DNA of 61,818 bases, counting the filler, from Fonticula-like sp. SCN 57-25 (lineage: Eukaryota), in NCBI GenBank assembly GCA_001724245.1. It is 4 parts of 4 records of this genome, joined end to end, with 100 filler letters (N's around TTAATTAATTAA, not from the genome) between each part and the next. Parts side by side here need not be neighbours in the genome. Positions count along the whole stretch, not along the records: positions 31,390 to 46,581 come from MEDX01000140.1; positions 46,682 to 61,818 come from MEDX01000141.1; 2 more parts are not named here. The stretch is one strand, 5' to 3'. Each line of letters begins with the position of its first letter. The stretch's first letter is position 1. The translations under genes and the position numbers were made by a program. This document shows positions 37,665-49,935 of the stretch, piece after piece. The notes beneath the pieces are model-generated. The model saw nothing but the letters and a program-made list of their open reading frames with translations, did no database searches and was not told where the DNA came from.

Positions 37665-40600
37665 TCACGGGTAGTCGCCGGCGTCCTGCGAGAGCAGCAC
37701 ATCGCTCTGGCTGTAGGGCTCGATGGAGTCCTGCGACAGCTGGCTGTAGCTCGACATGGCCTGTGACGCGGGCCCGCCGACGCTCGACGTCTGCGAAAAG
37801 TCCTGCGAGAACGCCTGCGACTGCGGCTGCTGCCCACCCTGCTTGGTTCCGCGGCGCGACCTGTGGAGGTGACTGTCAGCTCCCACATTCACGAAAAGAA
37901 AAAAGCGCACTTTTTGGCCGTGCTTGACGATGCCGCAAAGCTGTCCCGCTGAGAAAACCCGCTACCGGGCATTGATACTTGCGAAAGCGACGCGCGGCTG
38001 TCGATGCTGCTGAGAGGGTCAAAGTGATGCACTGCACGGTCATCGCGCATCAGTAAACCGCACTGAAAACAAGCAAAGAGACGCACCATTGTCGCCGGCG
38101 GCGAGATTGGCGCGCGAGTGGCGCGGCAGGTTGATGGCGGGCGAGTCGCTCGACATCATCGGCATGGACGTGCCCCACAGCGGAAAGTGCTTCTTGCGCT
38201 CAAACTTTGCCGGCGGCGCAAAGCGCACCGTCGACTGCTTGAGGTTGTTGAGCGGGCCTTCCACGAGGAGGTCCTTGTCGCGGAAAAAGGCCAACAGGTG
38301 GCGCCACACGGACGTCTATTCCGAGCGTTAGTAAAAGGAAAATGACCCCCACATGTTTACGCACCTCTGAAAGGAGCGGCGCGTGTCCGATGACGACAAG
38401 GCCAAACTTTGCACGCGTCAGGGCGACGTTGAGGCGGCGCGCGTCGCTGAGGAAACCAATCGACTTGGTGCGCACGCACGAAAAGATAATGTAGTCCTTC
38501 TCGCGGCCCTGGAAGGCGTCGACGCTGGCCACCTCGATCTCCTTATAGAGTTCCTTGCGCATGCTGCCGGCAAACTGCATGTAGCTGACGATGTAGGCGC
38601 GCTGCCCCTCGTACGGCGTAATGATGCCAATCTGGTCGGGCGTCACGCCGGCCTTGAAGAGCCGCGTGACAATCTTTTCGCAGTGGCTCGCCTCGGCGCT
38701 GCGGGTGGCAGCGGTGTTAGCGGTCAGTCAGGCAGGACGTGCGCGGCGCGTACCGGTTGAGGAAGGAGGTGCCAGATGGCGAGTACTCCTCCTGCCCCGA
38801 TGTTGTGTAAAACATCATCGGCATGGTTGGCTTGGGCCACGGAAAGTCCACGTTCTTGCGGATGCGCTCCTGCGCAGTGACGCCGTTCTGGAGCGTACCC
38901 TCGTAAAAGCACGCGGACGGGAACTCGGAGAGGCACGGGTGCATGCGGTACTGCACCTGGAGGCGGACGGGCTTGAACCCGAGGTAGACGAGGCGCTCAA
39001 AGAGGGAGCGCTGGAGGCCGGCGCGCACGCACTTGGGCTGCATGATGACCGGGCCGAGCTGCTGGTGGTCGCCGACAAGCACGGCCTGCTTGACGCCCAT
39101 AACGAGCGGGATCAGCGACTCTGGCTCGGTCGCCTGCGTCGCCTCGTCGATGAGGACCGTGCGGAAGCGCATGTGGGACAGGCGCGGGTCGCCGGCGCCG
39201 ACGCATGTGCAGCAGACAACGTCGGCCAGCTGCAGCAGCTCCGACTCGGCGCTGCGCATCAGCTGGCGCAGGCGGTGCTCGTCGGCGCCCGACAGTTCGC
39301 CGCGGTCCTCCTTGAGCTGGAACAGCTTCTGCAGCTCGGGGTACGCGTCGCTCATCCTCACCTGCTCGGTGAGACCGAGGAACTTGACGGGCGAGTCGAG
39401 CTCCTCGCGGCTGCGCGGGAATACGCGCACGACCTTGAGGTTCGCCTGGTGCAGCTTGTCCGCGAGATGGTCCACGGCAACGTTGGACGGCGCGCACACA
39501 AGCACCTGGCCCGCGTTCATCTTGACAAGGTGGTACACCAGCGACGCCGACGTGACCGTCTTACCCGTACCGGGCGGACCCTGCACAACTATCGTGAGTC
39601 ACGGCAAAAGAGTCATTTAAATGCGCACCTGGATAAGGCTAAAGGGCTTTTGCAGCACCGCCGAGATGGCGCTGACCTGCGAGTGGTTGAGCTCGGGCAG
39701 GCCCGGCACGTTGAACCGCTTCGGGAGCGTCACCTTGGAGGGCGTCGGCTCCACCTCGTGGCCGAGCAGGCGGTGGTAAATGTACGCCGACATGGACTGC
39801 TCGTTCACGGCAAACGACTTTAGCGCCTCCGTCATGCGCTCAAACGGCCGCGGGTTCCACAAAAAGTCGACGCTAAAGTTGGTCGTGCAGTCGGTGGGCG
39901 CGTTGTCGTTCAGGCCAAGCTCGAGCGTGATCTCGTTCGATTGGTCTATTCGGGCAAACAGCGAGGGTCAGCACACACTTTAAAAGCAGCAGTCATGAGG
40001 CGGTCATACGCGTGTTGGGCGCCTTGATGACGCGGCCGCGGCAGCTCCACGTCCGCTTGCCGTCGCGCTCGCCAAACCGAAGCATCATCTCATCACCCAA
40101 AGCGATGCGCGAATCTGTACGAGGGACGTTAACATATGATGCTGCCAGCTCCAGCGCTGCGTACCTGAGTAATCCGCCGGGAGGGCAAACGTCGCCAAGC
40201 GCTTCTTGTTGAGGGCGACGCCCCAGCGCACGGTGATATTGTCCCTCGACTGCGCGGCGGGTTAGCGCGCGCCCTAGCACATATCGAGCAGCGTACCTGC
40301 GCCTCCTTGAGCTTGCGGTCGTACTCTGCCTCGATGGAAATGAGCGGGGCAAGGATGTTTTGGTACTGGTACGCGTCCTCGTAGCGGGGCAGCGTCGGCT
40401 CGGGCTCGTCGTCGAGGCCGGGCTGTGAAAGGTCCTGCAGCTTGGCGTTGGCATTGTCCTTCCAGAGCTCCTCAAGCTTGATGATCTGCGCGGCAGAAAT
40501 TTGGCGCGCGCGCGCCTGCTCCTGCTCGGTCGGGATGCGGAGAAGCCACGTCAAAAACTGGCGGTCCTCAATGAGGGGTGTCCAGCTGGCGGTGTCCCAC

Positions 40601-41267
40601 GGAAGGTCCTTGCTCGCGACGACCGAGGAGGCGCACGGCTGGCGGCAAAGAATAATAACAGTGGCCTCCTCCTTCAAGGGAATGAAGCCGAGGAGGAACA
40701 CATTACGGCAGCCGCAGTTGTAGCACTCGAGATGCGCAGCCTCGCCCATGAGGCCCTGCGCGTGAAGCATCACCTCCTTGTGCTTGGAGCGCACAAGATG
40801 ATGCACAATGTGCGAGCCGGGCGCGTGGCCGCGCGCATTGCAAAACCACTTTTTGCAGATGGTGCACTGTGCGACGCTCGCGGGCTGGTGAATGCCGCAG
40901 TACCTTTTGTGCAAAGCATGTCAGCGACAAGGGAAAGGCGCAAACACGCAGGAAAACACGCACTGGCACGCGTGCTCGGGCAGCTCTGCAACCTCATTCG
41001 TAGCAGCGTCCCCAAACTCACCGTCAATGAAACTCAGCTGGCTCATGCCGCTCACAACACTACCAAAGTCGCCATCCTGCGCGCATCGTCGTCGCGTTAG
41101 CACCGCGCGCGAGCACCAGCGACAATGCCGCGTACCCGCTGCGACTGCGACGAGTCAAAGCTGTCGCTCGCCATACTCTGTGACGCCAGCGAAAAGTCGC
41201 TGTGTTCATAGTCGCTGCGCTGTGTGTCCACGACCACATCCTCAAAGGCTAGGTCGCCGCCGTCCAT
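37665..41267 (-). CDS. UPF1: Regulator of nonsense transcripts 1 (SF1 RNA helicase)
   Basis: CH zinc domain (LPEHAC.YCGIH..KKWFCN), [32 protein letters not shown] and an SQ-rich tail. Confidence 0.97.
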
Positions 41268-41478
41268 GGCTGATGCGCAGACAGCTGTGCAGTGATGATG
41301 TCCACGTGGCCGAGTTGGCAAGTTGATCAATTTGATAAGGGCCATTGGACTCTTCGACAAAGCAAGGAAATATCCTGTTGGTTACTGCATTGAAAGGTCA
41401 TACAAACTCGGCAAAGCTAATTGTATAGAACTGGCATACTCACTTTTAATCAATGCGATATTATATTAAACTCTCTTT

Positions 41479-44400
41479 TTACTCCCGCGGAGGCATGCTG
41501 TTCGGCAGGAGGTACGAAATGTCGTCCCACGGGTGGCGGTAGAGGCCCTGCTTGAGCCGCTTCTGGTCCAAAAAGTGCGCCACGAAACCAATGCTGCGGC
41601 CGACAATGAAAAGGCCGTTCAGCACGCCAATCTCCGAGTATTCCTAGATGCACTCTGTCAGATTGCTAAAAATCAAAAGCATGCTGCGTACGTCCGCCTC
41701 CTCGCGCGAAAAGGCACCGCAATTGCGCATGAGGTCAACAAAACTGCACGCGATGGCGCCGTCCACGTTCAAGATGAGGTTCTCCTTCTTTGCGGTGGTA
41801 ATCTTTGCATCGCACGTTAGTATTGACTCACACAAGCACACTTTGGCCGCACCTTTTCCACCTCGAGGGCGTAGTCGAGGATCGGCGTGAGCGGAAAGTT
41901 CTTCTTGACAAAGTCCTTGATGATTGTGACGCGGAGGTCCGGGTTGTGCTTGCTCTTGATGCGGTGCCCGATGCCGTGGATGAGCTGGCCGCTCTTGCGC
42001 ATCTCCTCGACAAACTCGTGCGGCAGGAGCCCCTTGTCGTACGCCTGCGAAAACTGCGTGGCCGCGCCGTCGAGCGCACCTCCAAAGCGGTCGCCGATTG
42101 TGAGCAGCCCCGAGCACAGGGACGAGATGAGGTCCTTGCCCGCGCGCGCGGCCACGATGGTGTTGTGCGCGCCCGAGACGGCCGGGCCGTGGTCGGCCGT
42201 GAGCATGAGGATCATCTCGATGAACTTGCACGCGTAGTCGGGCAGGCGGCGCTTGAACCACAGCAGCGACACGACGCCGCCGATGCCAATGTTCTCCTTG
42301 AACACGGCCGAAATGGGCATGCCCGCGTAGAGCAGCTCCTGGCCGCGGTCGTCCACGATCGTCGACACAAAGTTGGCCGGCTTGCGCACGAGGCCAAGCT
42401 CCTGCGCCCACGAGTAGTCGATCGGGATCTTGGGCGTCTCAGGCTCCTCGCTGAGCACGATCGTGCCCTCCTGGACGAGGCGCTGGTAGACGTTCTCGAG
42501 CGCGGCGGGGAACTCTTCAAAGGTGGGGGGGACAATGGCGCCCGCGTTGCGCAGGCTCGCGTTCTTGTAGTCGGCCGTCTCCATGTCGCTGTTGGCGAGC
42601 GCGCCGGCGTGGCCAAACTGGACCTCTGTGGTGAACATCTTGGCGCACGTGCCGATGCACCACGCGACGAGCGGCTTGGTAATCACGCCGCTCTTGATGG
42701 CCTGCGCGATTTTCACCTCCTCGGTGCCACCCACCTCGCCGAGCAACACAATGAGCTTGCACTCGGGGTCCTTTTCAAAGCGCAGAATGTGGTCAAGGAA
42801 GGTGGTGCCGGGGTAGCGGTCGCCGCCAATCGCAATTCCCTATTTATCGGTCAGTACAATCAGTCAAATAAAAGTTAGCGCGCGCGTACCTCGTAGACGC
42901 CGTTCGTGTGGCGCGAAATGATATTGTTGAGCTCGTTGGACATGCCGCCCGACTTGGAGACGTACGCCACGCTTCCCGGGCGGTAGAGCTTCGAGTCGAT
43001 GATGTTGTCCATCATGCCGCCCGTGTTGCCGATCTTGAAGCAGCCGGGCTTGATGCCGCCGACGGTTGCCGGGCCGATAATGATCACGCCCTGCTCCTCG
43101 GCGCGCTGGACAATCTGCTTTGTGCGGCGCTCCGGGACGCCCTCGGCGATGATGGCGATCGAACGGATGGACGGGTACTGCAGCAAGTCCATCGTGCTCT
43201 CGTAGACGGAGCGGAACGACGCAAAGTTGACGACGTGGTCCACGGCGGGGAACTTGTTCACGGCATCAGCGACCTTGGTAAACACAGGGATGAGGATCTC
43301 CTGCGTGCCCCAGTAAAACTTTTGCACGTGGCCGCCGCCAAAGGGGTAGATCATGCCGGCGACGGACGGCACGGCGCGCTTGCACATAAAGTCAAAGTCG
43401 AGCATGCCCTGCACGGCGCGCGGCTGCATGCCATAGATGAACGCCTGCGATGTCTTTGAAAAGAGCGCGTAGCCACGCTCGTTCTTGCCGGCGGCGCCCT
43501 TGCCCTGCGCGGCCGCCTCCGCAGTGGGCTTCTCGGGCGGGTTCGTCTCGTCCTCGGGGTTGAGGTACTGGTAGCGCGCCTCGCTCGAGGTCGAGTAGCG
43601 GCGCTCGGTCTCGCTCATGGCCTCAAAGGACGTCACGCGCTTCATCTCCGAGATCTGGCCGAGCGCCATCGGCACAATAGCCGTGATGAACGTCTCCGGC
43701 CCATGCACGTGGATCGGGACGCCGAGCGACTCGCCGAGGGCGCGCATGGCGCGCAGGCCCTCCTGGTAGTTGGGCCCGCCGCGGCGGATCCAGATCTGCA
43801 CCTTGTGCGCGACGAGCTGGTGCTTGTACTGCGTCAAGGCGCGGATGATGCCCTTGAAGGTGGCGGCCACGTTGGTAAAGTTGGCGATGCCGCCGCCGAT
43901 GAGCAACACCTTGCCGTCGGGGTGTTGGTGGCGCGTCATCAGGTCGAGGATCGTCTTGGAGTACTCGTACGTCTGCTCCTCGTTGGGCGCGCCAGAGTAC
44001 TCGCCATAGTTGGCGAGCTCGCTCAGGAAGCCGTGCGCCGCGATGGCGTCGCTGTACACGACGGATGCACCGCCGCCCGCAACCATCGTCCAGATGCGGC
44101 CGCGCTCGTTGAGGATGGTGAGCTTGAGGGAGGCGCCCGTCTTGCTGTCAAGCTCGGCAATGTACGCCTCCTCGGGGTAGCTCGCGCGACCAAAGGGGCT
44201 GGGGAACTCGATCTTGCCCCAGTAGCGCGCGCACTCAAACTCGCTCGTCTGGTCAAGCTTGGCGGCAAGGTCGAGGTAGTAGACGTGCTCGCCGACGACC
44301 ACGAACGGGTTGATCTCGAGGTACGTAAAGTTGAGCTTGACATACACCTCGTAGAGCGCGAGCATAAAGCGGGCAATCAGATCGCGGCGCTCCGCCGGCG

Positions 44401-44929
44401 CCTTGACGAGCAGCTTCTTCTGAATGGTTTCAATGCTGAGCGTGTCGTTGGTCTGAACCGTGAAGCGCTCTGCCTTGGCATCCACATCGCCAATGTCCAC
44501 GCCGCCCTCGTGATAGAAAAAGATCTCGTCGCCGTTGCGGACGCTCTGGATGCACACGTAATACTCGTCCGAGGCGGCGTGCGGCACAAACGGCTCCACA
44601 ATGAAGCAGTTGAGGATGCCGCTGAGCGAAGCGACCACCGTCTCCTTGTTCATCCTCTCGTCGATCCACGCCTTGGCGTCGGCCCACGTCGCGTTGAGCA
44701 GGATCAGCCCGCTCTTTCCGCGGCGCTTGAGGAGCTGGTCGGGCTTGACCACAAGCTTTTCGGTAAGCAGCCAGGGGTGCGCGGCGACGAGCGCCTCAAT
44801 GTTCGACTGCGCATTCACTTGCACGACGCGCGCCGGCGGCATGAACGAGGCTGGCCGGCCATCGGCACCCGAGAGATGCCGAGCGAGCAGATTCTTTCCG
44901 TCAAACTCGCGGATCGCCTTCGCCGACAT
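41479..44929 (-). CDS. ACLY: ATP-citrate lyase, single-chain (animal-type fusion)
   Basis: [35 protein letters not shown] (phospho-His), ADHGPAVSG and [11 protein letters not shown]. Confidence 0.98.
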
Positions 44930-45610
44930 GACGGTAGTAGTATCACACTGTCAGGCAACACGTTAGCACTGACGACGACAACGCCCGCTTCCGCAAAACG
45001 ACATGACGCACCCAAGGATCGGCAAGGGGAAAGCTGACGTTTACTCTCGTTTGCTATCAGCCGAGCTGTGAAAATTGTCACGACAACGCGTATTTTCGTC
45101 TCACACCTTTGGAAAAGCGTCAAGTAAATAGTATTGATTAATATCGTAATCGATGGTACATGAGAGACGAAATCCGTCGCACCAATCATCGTTTAGGGCC
45201 GAAACGCCCCAAGTGATGCGCTATGCAAGTGACGGGTGGCGTGACCAAGGGCTCTGGGGAACCGCCGGTATTGGGGCGACGCCACAGTTGCCAAGCAGCG
45301 ACATTGTTTATGTTGTCTACGCAGCAAATTTGCACAACAGAGCATGATAATACGCAAGGAAACTGCCCAAAAGGATAGGTCTGGGACAGGGGCAATAGAA
45401 AGGTTTCATTGATATGTGCCAAATATGAGACCCCGGATCCTAGCGCTCACCAAAGAACCAATGTATGTAGTCTAGTACTGTATGGTATGTTGTATTCGTA
45501 CGAATGAGAAAATGCTCTTGTAATTGCTCCAGTGAGGACTCTGCTAGTGCGCATTTTGCGTCAAATTGTGGTTCCGATGAGATGCAGAGTCACCGTTATA
45601 TCACGTGCCC

Positions 45611-46581
45611 ATGGACGAGGTGGAGCTTGCGCCAGGGCGCGAGCAGGATGACGCTCCCCTGCTTCAGCGCTTGACCAACCGTGTCAATGAGGCGACCACG
45701 CGCACCATTACCACCGTTAGTGATACTGCGTTGGTATACATTAACATACTTCGAGTGTGGGCGCTTCGCCTCATCGTCCTTTTCGCCATCGTCGGCGTCA
45801 TGGTTGCGATTGCGACGCTCATATACAGCGTCTTCTACGCCTTTTACGTCCCCGTCCGGTCGCAGCATCGCCCCGTATACTTTCAGTTTTAGTACGACGT
45901 TGAGCTTGCGCCTTGCCTCTGCTAACGCGCACTTTAGTCCAGGAAGCACGCGGAATCCAAGCGGCCTCGTGGAACTCACCCAGGACGGCCGTGCTGTACG
46001 CCTCGACCGCGTTCAGCCGGACATCCCTCTGACTTTTTCGTTTGATAGTTCCTCTACCGCAACCAGGCGTATGATATTTCGGTTGATCTTGTTGTCCCAG
46101 AGAGCGAGGTGAACCGCAAGCTGGGGATGGTCATGATGACGGTCGATCTGCTGTCGATCACCAACCGGACCATTCACCGCTCCTCGCGACCCGTACGCAC
46201 CCTGCCGTCGCCTGCTCGACATTATTTTGCATTCTCACTCGGCGACGCTGTTCTAGTTTACGCTGCAGTACCAGAACTCTCTGCTTGAGACAATGTCGAC
46301 GCTGGCGTACGGGATCCCGCTCCTGCTCGGCCTCTCGGAGCAGGCGCAGCATCTTCACGTCCCCATGATGGAGAGCGTGCGCGATACCGAATACTCGCAG
46401 GACCCCATTGCCTCCATTTTTGTGACGCTGTCCCGAAACGACTTTGAGGTGTACCGCGCGCAGGTCAACGTTGTCGCCCAGCTGTCTGGCCTTAGGTACG
46501 CAGTTGGGCTTGTGTACATGCGCCGCTTACCCTGCGTGTAGGTACATCATGCACAACTGGTTTGTCCTTTCGTCCTTTGTT
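45611..46581 (+). CDS. BSCL2: Seipin (BSCL2/SEI1) 5' part, truncated
   Basis: First TM helix followed by Y..FY..YVP, then QAYDISVDL.VPESEVNRKLGM and LSGLRYIMHNWF. Confidence 0.88.
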
Positions 46582-46681
46582 NNNNNNNNNNNNNNNNNNN
46601 NNNNNNNNNNNNNNNNNNNNNNNNNTTAATTAATTAANNNNNNNNNNNNNNNNNNNNNNNNNNNNNNNNNNNNNNNNNNNN
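46582..46681. other. Artificial contig spacer
   Basis: Same N/TTAATTAATTAA/N structure as 15678-15777. Confidence 0.97.
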
Positions 46682-46867
46682 ATGCCACGTGTCATTGAAG
46701 CATCGAAAGGAAGACTGACCGCGGCTGACGCAATCAAGTTTATCGGATTAGTTAGGAATATTAGAAGCGAAACGGATGGTGACAAGGCCACGTGGGTGGT
46801 GAAATGGAGTGGGGCGAATACGATTGACAATCAAGCTGCGCAACATGAGGGTGAGGATGATATCTGA
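46682..46867 (+). CDS. 3' end of a tandem-SAM family paralog (copy 1, truncated)
   Basis: PRVIEASKGRLTAADAIKFIGLVRNIRSETDGDKATWVVKWSG aligns with the C-termini of the copies at 58277 and 61130. Confidence 0.8.
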   Translation: MPRVIEASKGRLTAADAIKFIGLVRNIRSETDGDKATWVVKWSGANTIDNQAAQHEGEDDI

Positions 46868-47683
46868 ATAATGTACATGTGACATAAAATGTAGTAATGC
46901 AAATAAAACATGTCTTTAAATAATATAGTTTTTGGCCATTTATTACATACTTGAATGTGTTTTTGTTGCTTTGCTTCATATGTAACTGCTCATTGTTCTC
47001 TCACGAGCTAAGCCAAAAAAGCACAAAAATTGTCTACTTTAACAGCAACTTACCAGGAGGGTGTACAAGGAACCACTGACGGTAGTTGCCCAAACTAAGG
47101 TAAACTCAAAAAGTGCGAATATTAAAACAAAACACACATAAATGAAAAAGCAACAAAATATAGTATATAGTCTATTTGTTTTTGTTGTTGAATTCGCAAA
47201 ACTGAGCTCTCTACAGACAAATTAAATAAAAATACGATTTTTAAACCAATCAGAATCGTCGGATTGTTGAGCGCGCGAATCAGCATCGCGCGACAAAAAT
47301 GAAAATTTCTCGCTCATTAGCATACATAAAAGCATTGTTCAAACGCTTAATGCAATCATTATACACTACTTTACACCCTCTTTTAATTATTCATGTTTTA
47401 TTTAGGTCTACTTGGCGCTCACCAATGATCGACTCGAAGCGTGTCATTATGTCAGCCGTTATATGGTTGGGTAGCCAATTTTTTACCACCCACTCATCAA
47501 GGTAGATCAAACTGTTCTACCCAGTAACTTTGAGATTGTTTCATCCTTTTCAAGGTAGCAATTTATTACCACCCCACTATATATATGGTGTGCACCCCAC
47601 TTCAATTGATTCGTTATTTTTGAACCGTCCTGCGTATCATCGCCAGATCCCGCGTCGCACATCTAGACGCGCCTCTGCCAAGC

Positions 47684-49903
47684 ATGGAGGGGAGCTCGCC
47701 GACCAAGAAGCGCGTAAAGGTGCGCTTTCACTCCATTTTCCCTTGCCTTTCAACGCTCTGTGTTTTTGTAAACTGACGCGAACCTGTGATTGAATCCGCC
47801 TTTAGCATTCTGATCCGCCGTCCTCGTCGCCTCCCTCTAGTCCGTCCCCAGTCAAGCGGCCTCGCACAGTTCGTCTCTCTTTCTCATTTTCATATCCACT
47901 TTTGCTCACTTTTGCCCACTTGCGCTCTTTTTCTTTTCGTTGATCTACTTTGCCCGTCTTTAGCAACTTGCTGCTGATGGCACACCGACCACCAAGGTAC
48001 GCGGGGATCCCTCTTCACTCCCGAACCCCGTCCACATAGCTAACCTTTCTGTGTCCAGACTGCGCGCTCTCTCTTCCCTGACGAGTACGAATAATTGTCT
48101 TTGTTTTGGCGGGATGATGGCGGGATGGGCATCATGCCCAATGGGCTTGGTGATGATGGCGATGACCAGGGTGGGGATTCGTGTGCAAGAAGATGATGGC
48201 CGTGATGGCGAGACATCTTAATATTACGCACTTTTCCCTTTCTTTAATGTCCCTTTTCCTTTCTTTCTTTTTCCTTTCCCTCTCTCTTTCCCTTCCCACC
48301 CTAACTCGCCATCATCTTTCAGGAAACCGCCTCTTCCACCCTCCTCCCGCGCATCCTCCAGCCGCATCTCTCTGACGTCATCTCTGACGTCATCACCATC
48401 CGCACCACGTGGCCGTTCCCGCTCTCTTTCAAAGTCGTCCTCGGATGTGCCCATTTTGAATTTGACATCGGCTCAGGATGATGCCGCGTACGCACAATTG
48501 GGCAGGGATCGTGTGGGTGAAAGGGAAGCATTGGAATGAAAGAAAAGCGGAAAAAGGGAGAAAAGTGGGTAATTGGAACAGGAAAAGAGGGGAAAAGTGT
48601 TATAAAAGTGAAATAGAAAACTAGAGGGAATAGTCATGTATGTTGTACATTTGTGTTATGATACAGTGAATTCAATATGGGACCCATATTGAACATCATA
48701 TACAATCACTCTTTTTTTTCTTTCTTTTATGTATTTTTACTCACTTTTACTCTCTTTTCTTTCCTTTTACTCACTTTTTTCTCACTTTTACTCACTAATT
48801 CTCTTTCTATAAATAGCCCCGCACTTCCCGCGTCATTTCCCGCGCGCGCCCGCCACTTTCTTTCCTCCCCCCTCGTGCAGCGCTGGTGCCGCTTCGAGTT
48901 CTTCTACTCTCCTATTGACGCGGTTCTATTGAGGGAAAGTGAGTTTGCAGTTTGCTTATCTGAGGCTGGCCTCGAAAATGTACGTACATTTCTTTCTATA
49001 TATGATGATATTACTATATGGTGATAGTGGGAATGGTAATTGTGTGTGTAATGGTCAGTGTGTGAAATGTTCAGATATATGATGATCACGTGATACTGTC
49101 TTATTATTATCACGTGATAATTTCATTGATATCTCTCATGTGACCACACACACTTTCTTGTTTCCCTCCCTTGTGCCCACACTCTCATGTATCCATCTTA
49201 TGATGTGCATCACTCTCACGTGACCACATATCCATCATTCTCACGTGATCACACATACTTGTATCTCTTCATCACTCTCACGTGACCACATACAAACTTG
49301 TCTCTTATGTCTCTTATATCTCTTATATCTCTTATGTCTCTTATGTCTCTTATGTATCTTATCTTACTTATGTCTCTTATCTTACTTATGTCTCTTATAT
49401 CTCTTATGTCACTTTATTCACTCATTCACTCATTATTCCCTCATTATTCACCCTTTCTCTTTCCTTCCACTTTCACTCACTTTCACTTTCCCCTCCCCAT
49501 AGATTTCTTCCCTCTCCTTTGCCCAGTGGTCCTCCCTCCGCTCCCGCTGGCGCCCCCGCCGCTTCTCCCCCTCCTTCCTCTCCCTCGAGCGACGCCATCT
49601 AGAAGAACGACGCAGACGCATACGTCACGTGCAGTTCAATAATGGGTTTATGTCTGCGGGTGATCCCGATCAGGGGGTGAGTATTCCTGGGTGGGTGCCG
49701 ATCAAGTTTGTGGTGGGGGCGGGGGTGACCGTTAGAGACAAGAAAGAGTACGTGAAGGAATGAGTGGGTTATATATGATGAGATATTGTATGATATATTG
49801 TATGATGTATGGTGTATGATGTATGGTATTGTGTATGGTATTGTATCTATCTGTCTATCAATGATACTGCTCTATGTATCTGTGTATCTATCAGTGTATA
49901 CAC

Positions 49904-49935
<32 letters not shown>

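Noticed and set aside
38621-45037. Long antisense ORFs (400, 357, 444 aa) opposite UPF1 and ACLY, and similar ones opposite the SMYD genes
   Set aside because: These are shadow ORFs from high GC3 codon bias, with no recognisable motifs.
45205-45285. Possible pseudoknot (CGCCCCAA/TTGGGGCG and GTGGCGT/ACGCCAC) between ACLY and seipin
   Set aside because: The short stems are compatible with chance, and no RNase P/MRP, telomerase or snRNA signature was recognised.
15678-46681. TTAATTAATTAA palindromes inside N-runs as biological elements, and synteny across them
   Set aside because: These are identical 100-nt all-frame-stop spacers, and contig lengths decrease monotonically, indicating size-sorted concatenation.
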